Assembly: GCA_963798085.1 (NCBI GenBank)
Contig: CAWCRS010000005.1
Location: 288,001 to 352,000, forward strand
Reading direction: 5' to 3'
Source: an uncultured Gemmatimonadales bacterium
GTDB taxonomy: Bacteria > Gemmatimonadota > Gemmatimonadetes > Longimicrobiales > RSA9
DNA length: 64,000 bases
A model generated the notes under the pieces. It made no database searches and was not told where the DNA came from. It was given only the letters and a program-made list of their open reading frames with translations. Below are positions 30,127 to 39,869 of this stretch, in pieces. The translations under genes and the position numbers were made by a program. Within the stretch, counting starts at the first letter, position 1; every line of letters starts with the position of its first letter.

Positions 30127-31182
30127 TCAGATCCACGTCCGTTTGAGTTGCGCCACCTGTTCGATGCGGCGTTCGGCCAGGCGGTCGGCGGCTTTGTATG
30201 TGGGCAGGCCCTGTTCGCGTGCGATTTCGAACAGCTGCTTGAGTGTCTCGTAGATTTCGCCGGCCTTGCGCTTGGCGCGATCGGGGGACCAGCCGCTCAG
30301 CTCACCATACACGTTGATCAGGCCGCCCGCATTGATCACGTAGTCGGGCGCGTAGAGCAGGCCGCGCTCTTCCAGAAGATCACCGTGTCGTTCTTCATCG
30401 AGCTGGTTGTTGGCGGCGCCGGCAATGATGTCGAACTGGAAGCGTGGCAGGGTCTGGTCATTGACCACCGCGCCCAGTGCACAGGGTGCGAAGATGTCTG
30501 CCTTGACGGCGTAGATCTCCTCGGCGCCGACCGGCGTGGCGTGGAATTCCTGTACCACGCGCTTGACCTTTGCGTCATCAATGTCGGTAACGATGAGTTT
30601 CGCGCCTTCCGCTGCAAGATAGCCGCAGAGATAATAGCCGACATGGCCCACACCCTGCACGGCAATGCGTTTGCCTTCCAGTGCGTCATCACCGTAGCGC
30701 TCGTGCGCGCAGGCCTTGATGCCGGAGTAGGTACCGTACGCGGTCACGGGCGACGGATCGCCGGATCGGCCGGCCACGCCGCTCACGAATTCCGTCTCCA
30801 TTTGGACGTAGCTCATGTCCTCGACGCTGGTGCCCACGTCCTCCGCGGTGATGTAGCGGCCCTTGAGCGAATCTACGAACCGGCCGTGGGCGCGGAAGAT
30901 CATCTCGCGGCGCCGGATCTTGGGATCACCTATGATCACAGCCTTGCCGCCGCCCAGGTTGAGGCCGGCGACCGCAGCCTTGTAGGTCATGCCGCGCGCC
31001 AGGCGCAGTGCATCGATCAGTGCGTCGTGATCACTGTCGTAGTGCCAGAAGCGCGTGCCTCCCAGCGCGGGCCCCAGCATGGTGTTGTGGATGGCGATGA
31101 TGCCCTTGTACGCGCACGAGGGTTCGTACGAGAAGAGCACCTGTTCGTGGTCGTGCAGCTGCATCGCCTCGAAGATTTCCAT
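30127..31182 (-). CDS. Glu/Leu/Phe/Val-family dehydrogenase, probably leucine dehydrogenase
   Basis: LGPALGGTR, RGMTYK, LGGGKAVI, YITAEDVG, VQGVGHVG, GAANNQL, YAPDYVINAGG. Confidence 0.93.
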   Translation of the reverse strand: MEIFEAMQLHDHEQVLFSYEPSCAYKGIIAIHNTMLGPALGGTRFWHYDSDHDALIDALRLARGMTYKAAVAGLNLGGGKAVIIGDPKIRRREMIFRAHGRFVDSLKGRYITAEDVGTSVEDMSYVQMETEFVSGVAGRSGDPSPVTAYGTYSGIKACAHERYGDDALEGKRIAVQGVGHVGYYLCGYLAAEGAKLIVTDIDDAKVKRVVQEFHATPVGAEEIYAVKADIFAPCALGAVVNDQTLPRFQFDIIAGAANNQLDEERHGDLLEERGLLYAPDYVINAGGLINVYGELSGWSPDRAKRKAGEIYETLKQLFEIAREQGLPTYKAADRLAERRIEQVAQLKRTWI

Positions 31183-31239
31183 GGATCCGCTTCCCCCGCT
31201 CCATTGGCTGCGGGCGCGCGCCGGGGCGCACGTCCGGGT

Positions 31240-32322
31240 TCAGTCCCTGTACAACCCTGCGGCAATGAGGCCGCGCAGCATTTCGTTGGTGCCGGTCAGG
31301 ATCTCGGTGGCCTTGGCATCGCGCATCAGCTTCTCGACCGGATAGTCGCGCATGTAGCCGTAGCCGCCGAAGATCTGCACCGCCTGGGTGGTGACCCACA
31401 TCGCTGCCTCGCTGGCGAACACCCGGGCGCGTGCGGCCGCCAGGGGCGAGGCATCGGCGGCCGCGGCGTACACGGCGGCGCGCGCCGCATCCACGCGGAT
31501 GTCCATGTCAGCAAGCTTCATTTGCAAGCCTTCGAACGTGCGCAGCTTGCGACCGAACTGCTCGCGAACATCGGCGTACGCAGTGGCGTGCTCCAGCGCG
31601 TTGCGCGCGATGCCCAGCGCGATCGCCGCCGTGCCCACGCGCTGCACGCGCGCCAGCGCATCGCGCAGAACCGGCGAGCTGCCCAGGATCGCTTCGGCCG
31701 GAATGGCGGCGCCGTCCAGCGACGCCGTTTCCAGTCGCGCGGCAGACAGCCCCAATGTGGTCTCGCGCGCCGTCCATGCGACCATGCCCGGCTCCACGGC
31801 GAATACGACGTGCAGCGCGTCACCCCGTCCACCGCACTGAGCCGTCGCGAGCAGCAGCGGTGCAGGCGACGCGTGCAGGACCCAGCGCGTCGTACCACTC
31901 AGCTTCCAGCCGTCCTGCTCCTCCGCCTGCAAAGCGGTGTCCGCATCAGGCGCGAGGGAGAGCGCACCCGTACGCCGCCCAGTTGCCAGCGCGTCGAGCC
32001 AGGCGGCGCGCGGCCCCTGTACGCCGGCTTCGACCAGCGCTGTTGCCACGGTGGCGCTGGCCATCAGTTCAAAGGCGATGACCGGCTCGCCCCACGCGAT
32101 TTCCTCCAGCACGGCAGCGCACGTGGGCATGCCGAACCCGAGGCCGTTCTGCGCTACGGGCACGAGCATGCCGTGAAAACCCAGTTCCGCTACCTGCGCA
32201 CGCACATCCGCGTCGATGGCGCGCGCGTGGTCCCAGTGCTCGACGCGCGGGCGCAGCCGCTCGGCCGCGAACTGGCTGGCCAGCTCACGAACTTCCTGCA
32301 ATGCTCCGAGGGTTTCCTGCAC
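31240..32322 (-). CDS. Acyl-CoA dehydrogenase-family protein (degenerate active site)
   Basis: REQFGRKL, MKLADM, AVQIFGGYGYMRDYPVEKLMRDAK; GTG start behind GAGGT. Confidence 0.85.
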   Translation of the reverse strand: MQETLGALQEVRELASQFAAERLRPRVEHWDHARAIDADVRAQVAELGFHGMLVPVAQNGLGFGMPTCAAVLEEIAWGEPVIAFELMASATVATALVEAGVQGPRAAWLDALATGRRTGALSLAPDADTALQAEEQDGWKLSGTTRWVLHASPAPLLLATAQCGGRGDALHVVFAVEPGMVAWTARETTLGLSAARLETASLDGAAIPAEAILGSSPVLRDALARVQRVGTAAIALGIARNALEHATAYADVREQFGRKLRTFEGLQMKLADMDIRVDAARAAVYAAAADASPLAAARARVFASEAAMWVTTQAVQIFGGYGYMRDYPVEKLMRDAKATEILTGTNEMLRGLIAAGLYRD

Positions 32323-32338
32323 GGTTACCTCTTTCCGC

Positions 32339-33196
32339 TCACGCGGAATTCGATGCGTAGTCGTAGAACCCGCGACCGCTCTTCCGACCCAGCCAGCCGG
32401 CTGCCACGTAGTTGCGCAGCAGCGGACACGGCCGGTACTTGTCGCCCAGATCGCGGTGCAGCACTTCCATGATGGCAAGGCACGTGTCGAGGCCGATCAG
32501 GTCGGCGAGCGCCAGTGGTCCGAGCGGGTGGTTCATGCCCAGCTTCATCACGGTGTCGATGGCCTCGCCGGTGGCCACGCCTTCCATCAGGCAGAACACA
32601 GCCTCGTTGATCATGGGCATGAGCACACGATTGGAGACGAAGCCCGCGTAGTCGTTCACCTCGACCGGCGTCTTGTCCAGTGCGCGCGCCAGTTCCATCA
32701 CGCGACCCGTGACGGCGTCTGAGGTCTGCAGTCCCCGGATGACCTCCACCAGCTTCATCAGCGGCACGGGATTCATGAAGTGCATGCCGATGACACGCTC
32801 CGGATGCGCAACGCCGCGCGCCAGCGAACTGATCGATATTGACGACGTGTTAGTGGCCAGTACGGCGTTCGGGTCAATGCTGCCCAGCTCGCGCAGCAGG
32901 TCCGCCTTGAGGCGGGCATCCTCGGGCACTGCCTCGACCACGAGGTCCGCGCCCGCCGCTGCGCTCCGATCCGTGCTGGTACGCAGGCGGGCCATGGTCG
33001 CCTGCTTCGCCTCGGCGGGCAGTGTGCCCTTCTTCACCTGCCGATCCAGGTTGCCGGCGATGGTGGCCAGTGCGCGCTGCAGTGGTTCTGCGGCCACGTC
33101 GATCAGCGTCACGTCGTGTCCGTACTGTGCGAACACGTGTGCGATGCCGTTGCCCATGGTACCGGCACCGATCACGGCCACTGTCTGCCCGCTCAT
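32339..33196 (-). CDS. hbd: 3-hydroxybutyryl-CoA dehydrogenase
   Basis: [53 protein letters not shown]. Confidence 0.93.
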   Translation of the reverse strand: MSGQTVAVIGAGTMGNGIAHVFAQYGHDVTLIDVAAEPLQRALATIAGNLDRQVKKGTLPAEAKQATMARLRTSTDRSAAAGADLVVEAVPEDARLKADLLRELGSIDPNAVLATNTSSISISSLARGVAHPERVIGMHFMNPVPLMKLVEVIRGLQTSDAVTGRVMELARALDKTPVEVNDYAGFVSNRVLMPMINEAVFCLMEGVATGEAIDTVMKLGMNHPLGPLALADLIGLDTCLAIMEVLHRDLGDKYRPCPLLRNYVAAGWLGRKSGRGFYDYASNSA

Positions 33197-34095
33197 GTTT
33201 CCCGGTCCAGCAGAGGTCGCAGTGCGCGCATGCCGGCCGCTTCGCGCACGGCCGGCAGCGTCAGTACGACGATGATGGAGAAGCCGAACGCGATGGTCGC
33301 CGCAATTCCGCCTTCCGGCCCGAACGCGCCACCCGTGAACCAGGCGCGGCCGTTGACTGCGGGTTCGTACAGCGGCGTGTTCAGGATGGCGAGTCCGCTG
33401 ACCGGCAGGTCGAGGAGACTGGCCATGCCCCAGTTCCAGCCGAGATGCAGGCCGCCGGCGAACCAGAGGCTGCGCGTCCGCACGTAGGCAATGGAAAGCA
33501 GCACACCCGCGATGAAGATGTTTCCGAGCGCCAGCACGCTCGCGTGCGGATTGTGCGCGTGGGCGGCGGCAAACACCGTGCTACCCAGCAGTGTGGCCGT
33601 GAGCGGGCCGGCGGCGCGGCCCACCGTCTGGAACGCATAGCCGCGGAACAGCGCTTCTTCCGCGAAGGCAGCAACGGCGAGCAGGCCAAACGCCTGTGCA
33701 TTGGCGCCCAGCCATGCAGCCGCGCTGCCCGCCTGGCGCGTGTAGTGCAGGTCGCCAGCGATGGCGAGCAGTCCGGCGGCGAGGCCGATGCTGACGGTGC
33801 CAATGACCAGGCCGAGTCCCAGTTCGCGCGCCGTGGCTCGGGTCAGCGCCAGTCCCAGCGCGCCGACCGGGCGCTGATCCAGCCAGCGCAGCAGAAGTGC
33901 GCCCGCGATCAGCGCGGCTGCGAGATTCAGCGCAGAGCCGGCCAGCAGTCCGCTCTCATTGCTCTGTGTGGCGACCGGGAACGTCAACATTCCGGCGACC
34001 AGCAGCAATTCGAGCACGACCAGGAACAGTGCCGTACGCGTGAGTGCGCCCGGCACGGAGGCCTCGCGCAGCCGATGGCGCACGTGCGTCGTCAT
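33193..34095 (-). CDS. CPBP (Abi/CAAX) intramembrane metalloprotease
   Basis: [28 protein letters not shown]; multiple TM helices. Confidence 0.9.
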   Translation of the reverse strand: MTTHVRHRLREASVPGALTRTALFLVVLELLLVAGMLTFPVATQSNESGLLAGSALNLAAALIAGALLLRWLDQRPVGALGLALTRATARELGLGLVIGTVSIGLAAGLLAIAGDLHYTRQAGSAAAWLGANAQAFGLLAVAAFAEEALFRGYAFQTVGRAAGPLTATLLGSTVFAAAHAHNPHASVLALGNIFIAGVLLSIAYVRTRSLWFAGGLHLGWNWGMASLLDLPVSGLAILNTPLYEPAVNGRAWFTGGAFGPEGGIAATIAFGFSIIVVLTLPAVREAAGMRALRPLLDRET

Positions 34096-34153
34096 CTGCT
34101 GCCAGAGTTGTGAAACCCTGTCCGCTACTGAATGCGTGCGTCCGCGGTGCATG

Positions 34154-34189
34154 AAAAAACCCCCGGGCGATCAGAGCCACCCGAGGGTT
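34154..34189 (-). terminator. Intrinsic terminator spanning the bioY stop codon
   Basis: Minus strand AACCCTCGGGTG-N8-CGCCCGGGGGTT stem followed by TTTT. Confidence 0.7.
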
Positions 34190-34764
34190 CGCGCGCGGAA
34201 GCGCATGCCAATGAGAAGGGCCAGTGCGACCTTGAGCAGGTCACCCGCAATGAAGGGCACCAGGCCGGTCGCGAGCGCATGCACGGGGTCTCCTGTCAGC
34301 AGCGTCAGCTGGGCAACACCGCCCGCGAAGATCACCGCAGTGCCCAGCAGAATCGCGAAGCCGAGCCGCAGTGCGGCGCGCACATTCCAGCTCGAGCGGA
34401 GCGGGCCGGCCAGCCAGCCGGTGACCGCGGCAGCCAGCGGAAAGGCCAGCAGGTACCCGCCGGTGGGACCGAGCAGCCAGCCAACGCCCGCGCGGCCTGC
34501 CGCGAACACGGGCGCGCCCAGTGCGCCAGCCATGAGATACGCCGCCTGCGATGCCGCACCCAGGAACGGCCCCAGCAGCACGCCCGCCAGTGACACCACG
34601 AGCGTCTGCAGGGTGACCGGCACCAGCGTGCCCGGCAGCGGCACGGCCACGGCAGCGCCCAGCGCAGTGAGCAGGGCGAACAGCGCAACCGCCAGCACGC
34701 GACGTGTAACACGATTGTTAGTCGATACGGCTTCTGCCCGCCGGCCCGTCAGCGCGTCGCTCAT
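34171..34764 (-). CDS. bioY: Biotin transporter BioY
   Basis: VPVTLQT, GAPVFA, LLGPTGGYL, PFIAGDLLK. Confidence 0.93.
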   Translation of the reverse strand: MSDALTGRRAEAVSTNNRVTRRVLAVALFALLTALGAAVAVPLPGTLVPVTLQTLVVSLAGVLLGPFLGAASQAAYLMAGALGAPVFAAGRAGVGWLLGPTGGYLLAFPLAAAVTGWLAGPLRSSWNVRAALRLGFAILLGTAVIFAGGVAQLTLLTGDPVHALATGLVPFIAGDLLKVALALLIGMRFRARTLGWL

Positions 34765-34768
34765 CGAT

Positions 34769-35980
34769 TCAGACCCTTTCCACGGAAAGCGCCACCGCGT
34801 CGCCGCCACCCAGGCACAGCGTGGCCAGACCGGTGTGCGCACCACGCTGTTTCAGCGCGTGCAGCAGCGTCACCAGGATGCGGCTGCCGGATGCGCCAAT
34901 CGGGTGTCCCAGCGCTACGGCACCGCCGTTCACGTTCACGCGGTCCCAGTCGAAGCCCAGCTCGCGGCCATCGGCCAGCGCCTGCACCGCAAACGCTTCG
35001 TTAACCTCGACCAGGTCGTAGTCCCTGATGCTGCGACCATCCTTCGCCATCACCTTGCGCACGGCCTGCACGGGTGCGAAGAACAGCTCGCGCGGCGCCA
35101 CGGCGCCGTTGGCGTAAGCATTGATGCGCGCCAGCATCGTGAGGCCGTGCGCCTTCGCGTACGCCTCACTCGTCACCACCAGCGCGGCCGCGCCATCGTT
35201 CAGGCCCGGTGAGTTGCCTGCGGTCACCACCGGCGAAGTCACTTCTTCCGGCGCGTCGTCCGCGAACGCGGGCTTCAACCGGCTCAGTGACTCGATCGAC
35301 GTGTCGCGCCGCGGCGGCTCGTCCGTATCAATGGTGACCGCGCCCTTGCGGCCCGGTACGCTGACCGGCGCAATCTCTTCCTTGAAGCAGCCCCCATCGA
35401 TGGCGCGAATTGCGCGCTGGTGCGATTCCAGCGCGAACTGGTCCGCGTCCTCGCGCGTCACGCCCGCTTTCCACGCCGTGTATTCGGCGTGTCCACCCAT
35501 GTGACAATGATCGAAGGCGCAGTAGAGCCCATCGTGAATCAGCCCATCGACCAGCTGCTGATTGCCGAACTTCACACCCTCGCGATGACCCAGCAGGTAG
35601 TAGGGCGCATTGGACATGGATTCCATGCCACCCGCCACCAGCACCTGCGCATCGCCCGCGCGGATCGCCTGCGCCGCGAGCATGACCGCCTGCAATCCCG
35701 AGCCACACACGCGGCTCACGGTCATGGCGCCCACCGTGTCCGGCACGCCGCCGTGGAGCGCGGCCTGCCGGGCGGGCGCCTGACCCAGCCCCGCAGCCAG
35801 CACGTTGCCCAGGATCACGTCATCGATGTCGGTGCGCTCAATGCCGGAGCGTTCCAGCGCCGCACGGATGGCGGCGGCGCCCAGCTGGGGCGCGGAAAGC
35901 GGTGCGAGTCCACCGAGAAAACGGCCGATCGGCGTGCGGGCGCCGCTCACGATGACGGCTGTCCGTTCAAGATCTGCCAT
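34769..35980 (-). CDS. Acetyl-CoA C-acyltransferase (thiolase)
   Basis: RTPIG, QAPARQA, VCGSG, GGMESMS, NEAFA, GHPIGASG, LCLGGG. Confidence 0.95.
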   Translation of the reverse strand: MADLERTAVIVSGARTPIGRFLGGLAPLSAPQLGAAAIRAALERSGIERTDIDDVILGNVLAAGLGQAPARQAALHGGVPDTVGAMTVSRVCGSGLQAVMLAAQAIRAGDAQVLVAGGMESMSNAPYYLLGHREGVKFGNQQLVDGLIHDGLYCAFDHCHMGGHAEYTAWKAGVTREDADQFALESHQRAIRAIDGGCFKEEIAPVSVPGRKGAVTIDTDEPPRRDTSIESLSRLKPAFADDAPEEVTSPVVTAGNSPGLNDGAAALVVTSEAYAKAHGLTMLARINAYANGAVAPRELFFAPVQAVRKVMAKDGRSIRDYDLVEVNEAFAVQALADGRELGFDWDRVNVNGGAVALGHPIGASGSRILVTLLHALKQRGAHTGLATLCLGGGDAVALSVERV

Positions 35981-36103
35981 GTTGCTTCATCCCTGATTTT
36001 GCCACGACGTGTGGTCGCGCGCGCACGCGACCCGCCCGTCCAAGATACCCGCGTCTGCGGGGTGAGTCTAGGGAACGCGCCCGTTTTCCCGTGCTTCGCA
36101 GCA

Positions 36104-37018
36104 TCAGCTTGCGCCGGCCTCGACCAGAGACGGACGCTGCTCATCGCCACCCAGCCAGCCCCATGCCACGACCGGGTCGTGTTCGAAGACGAGCAGCCAT
36201 TCTTCCCGCCTCGCCTGGTCGAGCAACGCGCGCTTGCTCTCCAGCGTGACGAGCGGCTCCACATCGTAGCCCATGATCCAGGGCAGCGGCAGGTGTGCGC
36301 TCGTCGGCATCACATCGGCCAGGAAGCACGCCGTCGCACCCTCGGAGCGCAGCACCACCGACTGGTGATGCGGTGTGTGGCCGGGTGTGCGCCTCAGGGC
36401 GATGCCCGGCACCACTTCCACATCGCCATGCACAAGCTCGAAACGGCCCGCGCTCTGCACGGGATCGAAGTTGTGGGGCAGGTAGCTCGCGGATATGCGC
36501 TCGTTGCGCACGTGCGCCCATTCGAATTCGCCGCGCTGCACGATGTACCGGGCGCGCGGGAACGTCAGCCGGACCTGACCCTCCGCATCCAACAGCGTGT
36601 TGCCCCCGGCGTGATCGAAGTGCAGGTGCGTGTCGATCATGATGTCGATATCCGCGGGTCCGTGTCCCAGCGTGGCCAGCGCCTCTTCCAGGCGAGTCGG
36701 AAACAGGGGCGTGCCCGAATCCGCAGCGGGTGCGTTCTCGATGCCGTAGATGTCGCGGAACTTCTCGTTCTCCTTGTTGCCGACGCCGTTGTCGATGAGT
36801 ACGAGCGCATCGGGCGTTTCCACCAGCAGGCAGCGCAGTGCCAGCGGAATGCGATTGCGTTCATCAGCGGGAATGCGCCGCTGCCACAGCACCTTGGGTA
36901 CGACCCCGAACATGGCGCCGCCATCCAGCCGCTGCAGCCCTGCTTCGAGCGCGTGGATGCGGAAGGCGCCCAGGCTGCGGCTGCGCACCCGTGGCAGCGA
37001 CGGGGTGCTCTCCGTCAT
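36104..37018 (-). CDS. MBL-fold metallo-hydrolase (YtnP-like)
   Basis: LDGGAMFGVVPK, THLHFDHAGG, TPGHT, ADVMPT, MGYD, FEHD. Confidence 0.9.
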   Translation of the reverse strand: MTESTPSLPRVRSRSLGAFRIHALEAGLQRLDGGAMFGVVPKVLWQRRIPADERNRIPLALRCLLVETPDALVLIDNGVGNKENEKFRDIYGIENAPAADSGTPLFPTRLEEALATLGHGPADIDIMIDTHLHFDHAGGNTLLDAEGQVRLTFPRARYIVQRGEFEWAHVRNERISASYLPHNFDPVQSAGRFELVHGDVEVVPGIALRRTPGHTPHHQSVVLRSEGATACFLADVMPTSAHLPLPWIMGYDVEPLVTLESKRALLDQARREEWLLVFEHDPVVAWGWLGGDEQRPSLVEAGAS

Positions 37019-37866
37019 GCGTCTCTCACCGGCTCGGGCGATGCCCGGCGCCGGCGTCGCGGCGCCCGTCGCGCAAGCAGTGCCTCCAGCTCGTGCCAGC
37101 GTGCAATCTCGAGTTCGTCCAGACGGTCCAGCATGCGACGGAAGACTTCCGCGGTGGCGCGTGCATCACCGAACGCACGATGCCGGGCCACATTCTCAAC
37201 GCCGAAGAAATGGCTGAGGGAGTCCAGCGAGCGGCGCGAGATCTCGGGCACCACTCGCCTTGCCAGCCGCACAGTGCACAGTACGCGACCGCGCAGCGGC
37301 TGCCCGGAAACCCATGCCAGCTCACTGCTGAGGAAGCGCCAGTCGAACGACGCGTTATGCGCCACGAACACCGCATCCGTCACCACCCGCCGCACTTCAC
37401 CCGCCACATCGCGGAAGCGCGGCGCGCGCGCCACCATGGAGGGCGTGATGCGCGTCAGCTGCGTGATGAAGGGTGGGATCGCGCGCTCCGGATTCACCAG
37501 CGTCGTGTATTCCTCGACGAAGCTGCCATCACCACGCAGGCGCACGGCGGCCACCTCGGTGATGCGGTCGCCACCGTACGCGGAGCAACCGGTCGTCTCC
37601 AGATCCACGATCACGTAATCGAGCGCGCGCAGTCCGTCGTCGGGCGCGCCGCTTCCGGGGTCGGCCCAGCCCTCGCCGAAGCGCCGGCACTCCTGCGTGA
37701 GCCAGCGCGCACGGGCCTGCTCGGCGTAGCCCAGGCGGTAGGGTGGCAACTCGTGCGCGTGCCTGGGCGGCAGGCTGATGCGAATGCCGGTCGCACCGCG
37801 CTGTGTCGCATCCACTACCAGGCCCGCGGGCACGACGGCGGCCGCGTCGGGCGCGCGCGTCACCAC
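37015..37866 (-). CDS. DEDDh 3'-5' exonuclease (DnaQ/PolC-exo-like)
   Basis: VDLETTG, VAHNASFD, HRAFGDA. Start uncertain. Confidence 0.88.
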   Translation of the reverse strand: MVTRAPDAAAVVPAGLVVDATQRGATGIRISLPPRHAHELPPYRLGYAEQARARWLTQECRRFGEGWADPGSGAPDDGLRALDYVIVDLETTGCSAYGGDRITEVAAVRLRGDGSFVEEYTTLVNPERAIPPFITQLTRITPSMVARAPRFRDVAGEVRRVVTDAVFVAHNASFDWRFLSSELAWVSGQPLRGRVLCTVRLARRVVPEISRRSLDSLSHFFGVENVARHRAFGDARATAEVFRRMLDRLDELEIARWHELEALLARRAPRRRRRASPEPVRDA

Positions 37867-39130
37867 GCGGCCTCACGTCGCAGTGGCATGGTCATGCAGC
37901 GCGGGCCACCACCACCGCGCACCAGTTCCGACCCCTCGAACGTGATCACCACGCGATCCTGCTTCCCATCCGCCGCCACATCTTCCTCCCCCGTCAGGAA
38001 CTGCAGTGCCTCCACGATGCGATAGCCCGCCTCGCGCTGCATTTCTTCGTAGGTGTGCTCATTGCGCGCATAGCCGAGCACGAGGCCGGGCCGCAGTGCC
38101 ACGAAGTTGCAGCCACTGGTCCATTGCTCGCGTTCCTGGAACAGCCGTCCGGATCCGCCACAGAAGATCGGCGTCAGCGGCAACCCCACTTCGCGCAGCG
38201 CCGCGAACAGGTCGGGCATCTCGCGCATGCCCTCGCGGCCCGCGTGATAGTGCAGCACCGGATTGCGCGTGGCGCCCACGAAGCTGGGTGGAAACACCAC
38301 ACAGTGCTCGTGGTCCACCATGGTGAAGATCATGTCGAGGTGAATCATGGCGCGGTCGGCGCGATCCGCGGGAATCACCACCAGCAGGATGTCGCGGATG
38401 CCCTGCTCGCGGACCAGCCGCTCCGCCAGCACATCGAAGGCGGCCGGGCTGGAGCGCTCCGACAGGCCCGACCATCGCGCAGATCGGGCCGCGAGCACGT
38501 GCAGATCGCCGCCCTCAATGGTGTATCCCGCGCGCCGCTCTTCGCTGCCATCGTAGATGATCGCCGCGGTTCGCCAGCGCCGGATGATAGCGGAAGAGCG
38601 TCTTCATCAGAATCTCTTCCGTCCACCTCGCCGTGTAGCGCATCGAGCCGATGATCACGCCATCGCCGACGACCATGGCGGCATCACGTGTAAAGAAGAG
38701 GTTAGGCAGGGGCGGCAGGTCGTAGCTCGAGGTGTTCAGCAGGCGCTGCAGCGGACCTTCCTCGACCTGCCGACCTTCAATGAACTGCGCCACCAGCTCG
38801 GCGGCCGGAATCTCCAGCAGGTGATGGCCCAGCGGCTCCGACTGCGCCACGTCCATCACACGCTCCATCAGGAACGGCCGCACACCCGGCTCATCCGCGA
38901 CTTGCTCGAGCAGCTCGCGCACCTCGTAGACTTCGCAGAAGCGCGCCAGGATCGACGCGGAAACAGCTGATGCTCCCGCCGGGCCTGTTCCAGATCGATG
39001 ATGTCATCGTAGAGAAAATCTTCGCGCGTGGCCGGCGTTACCGCGAGCAGCTCCGGTCCCGGCGTGTGGCAGAAGTACTGCTTCGAGCCGGCCGATCTCC
39101 GATGTGACGCCGACTCTCGCCTCCGCCCAT
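37860..39130 (-). CDS. arcA: Arginine deiminase; about five apparent frameshifts
   Basis: Across frames: VGVTSEIGRL..HTPGPEL..FLYDDI, PLPNLFFTRD, IEGGD, MIHLDMIFT, EQWTSGCN, GSELVRGGGGPRCMTMPL (catalytic D, H and C present). Confidence 0.88.
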
Positions 39131-39143
39131 GCCCCTCCCCTTT

Positions 39144-39800
39144 TCACCCGCGCGCCGGGCTCGACCTTCGACTCCGCCGCCCCGCGTTCGCCAGCGCATA
39201 CGAGAGCGCTTCCAGCTCTACCGCCATGTTCACATTCTTCAGCGCTACACCGGGCGGCACGTTCAGCTTGGTAGGCGCGAAGTTCAGGATGGCGCGTACC
39301 CCGGCGCCCACCACCCGGTCCACCAGGGACTGCGCAGCCTCCGCCGGCACCGCGAGAATGACAATGTCGATCTCGCCCTGCGCCAGCACCTGCTCCAGCT
39401 GGGCGTCCGCCTGCACCACCATGCCGCCCCGGCGCTGGCCGACCTTTTCCTGATCAGAATCGAAAACTGCTTCAATGAAGAAGCCCTGCTTGCGGAAATC
39501 CTGATAGCCCATGAGCGCGAGACCGATGCGGCCGGCGCCCACCAGAGCCACACCCCACTGCCGCTCCAGCCCCAGAATCGAGCGCAGCGCCGCGATCAGC
39601 TCGGTGACCGTGTAACCGAGCCCGCGTTTCCCGAAGGTCCCGAACAGCGAAAGATCCTTGCGTACCTGCGCCGCCGTCGTCCCGCAGCGCCGCGCCAGCT
39701 CTTCGCTCGACAGCGTGGCCACGCCTTCGCTCTCCAGCTCGCTCAGCAGTCGCAGATACAGCGAAAGACGTCCTACGGTCGATTCCGAGACCTTCCGCAT
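39144..39800 (-). CDS. rex: Redox-sensing transcriptional repressor Rex
   Basis: RLSLYLR, SSEELA, QVRKDLS.FG..GKRGLGY, GAGRIG, ILNFAP. Confidence 0.96.
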   Translation of the reverse strand: MRKVSESTVGRLSLYLRLLSELESEGVATLSSEELARRCGTTAAQVRKDLSLFGTFGKRGLGYTVTELIAALRSILGLERQWGVALVGAGRIGLALMGYQDFRKQGFFIEAVFDSDQEKVGQRRGGMVVQADAQLEQVLAQGEIDIVILAVPAEAAQSLVDRVVGAGVRAILNFAPTKLNVPPGVALKNVNMAVELEALSYALANAGRRSRRSSPARG

Positions 39801-39821
39801 CTCGTAAACCACGCCACCACC

Positions 39822-39845
39822 TGTTTGTGAAAGCATTCACAAACA
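39822..39845. promoter_or_regulatory. Rex operator (ROP)
   Basis: TGTTTGTGAA-AGCA-TTCACAAACA, perfect 10-bp arms containing TTGTGAA-N4-TTCACAA, 21 nt upstream of the rex ATG. Confidence 0.93.
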
Positions 39846-39869
39846 AGCTACCCCACCCCGATATTGCCG

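Noticed and set aside
29930..30136. 68-aa ORF with GLGLGL and PAPA repeats, or a known riboswitch before glyA
   Set aside because: The peptide repeats are just the translation of the hexamer inverted repeat. I could not match glycine, ZTP or THF riboswitch consensus by eye; an Rfam search would be needed to exclude them.
30055..37618. Long plus-strand ORFs (805 aa at 30055, 732 aa at 35420 and similar ones elsewhere)
   Set aside because: Antisense to well-supported genes, expected in high-GC DNA, and without recognisable motifs.
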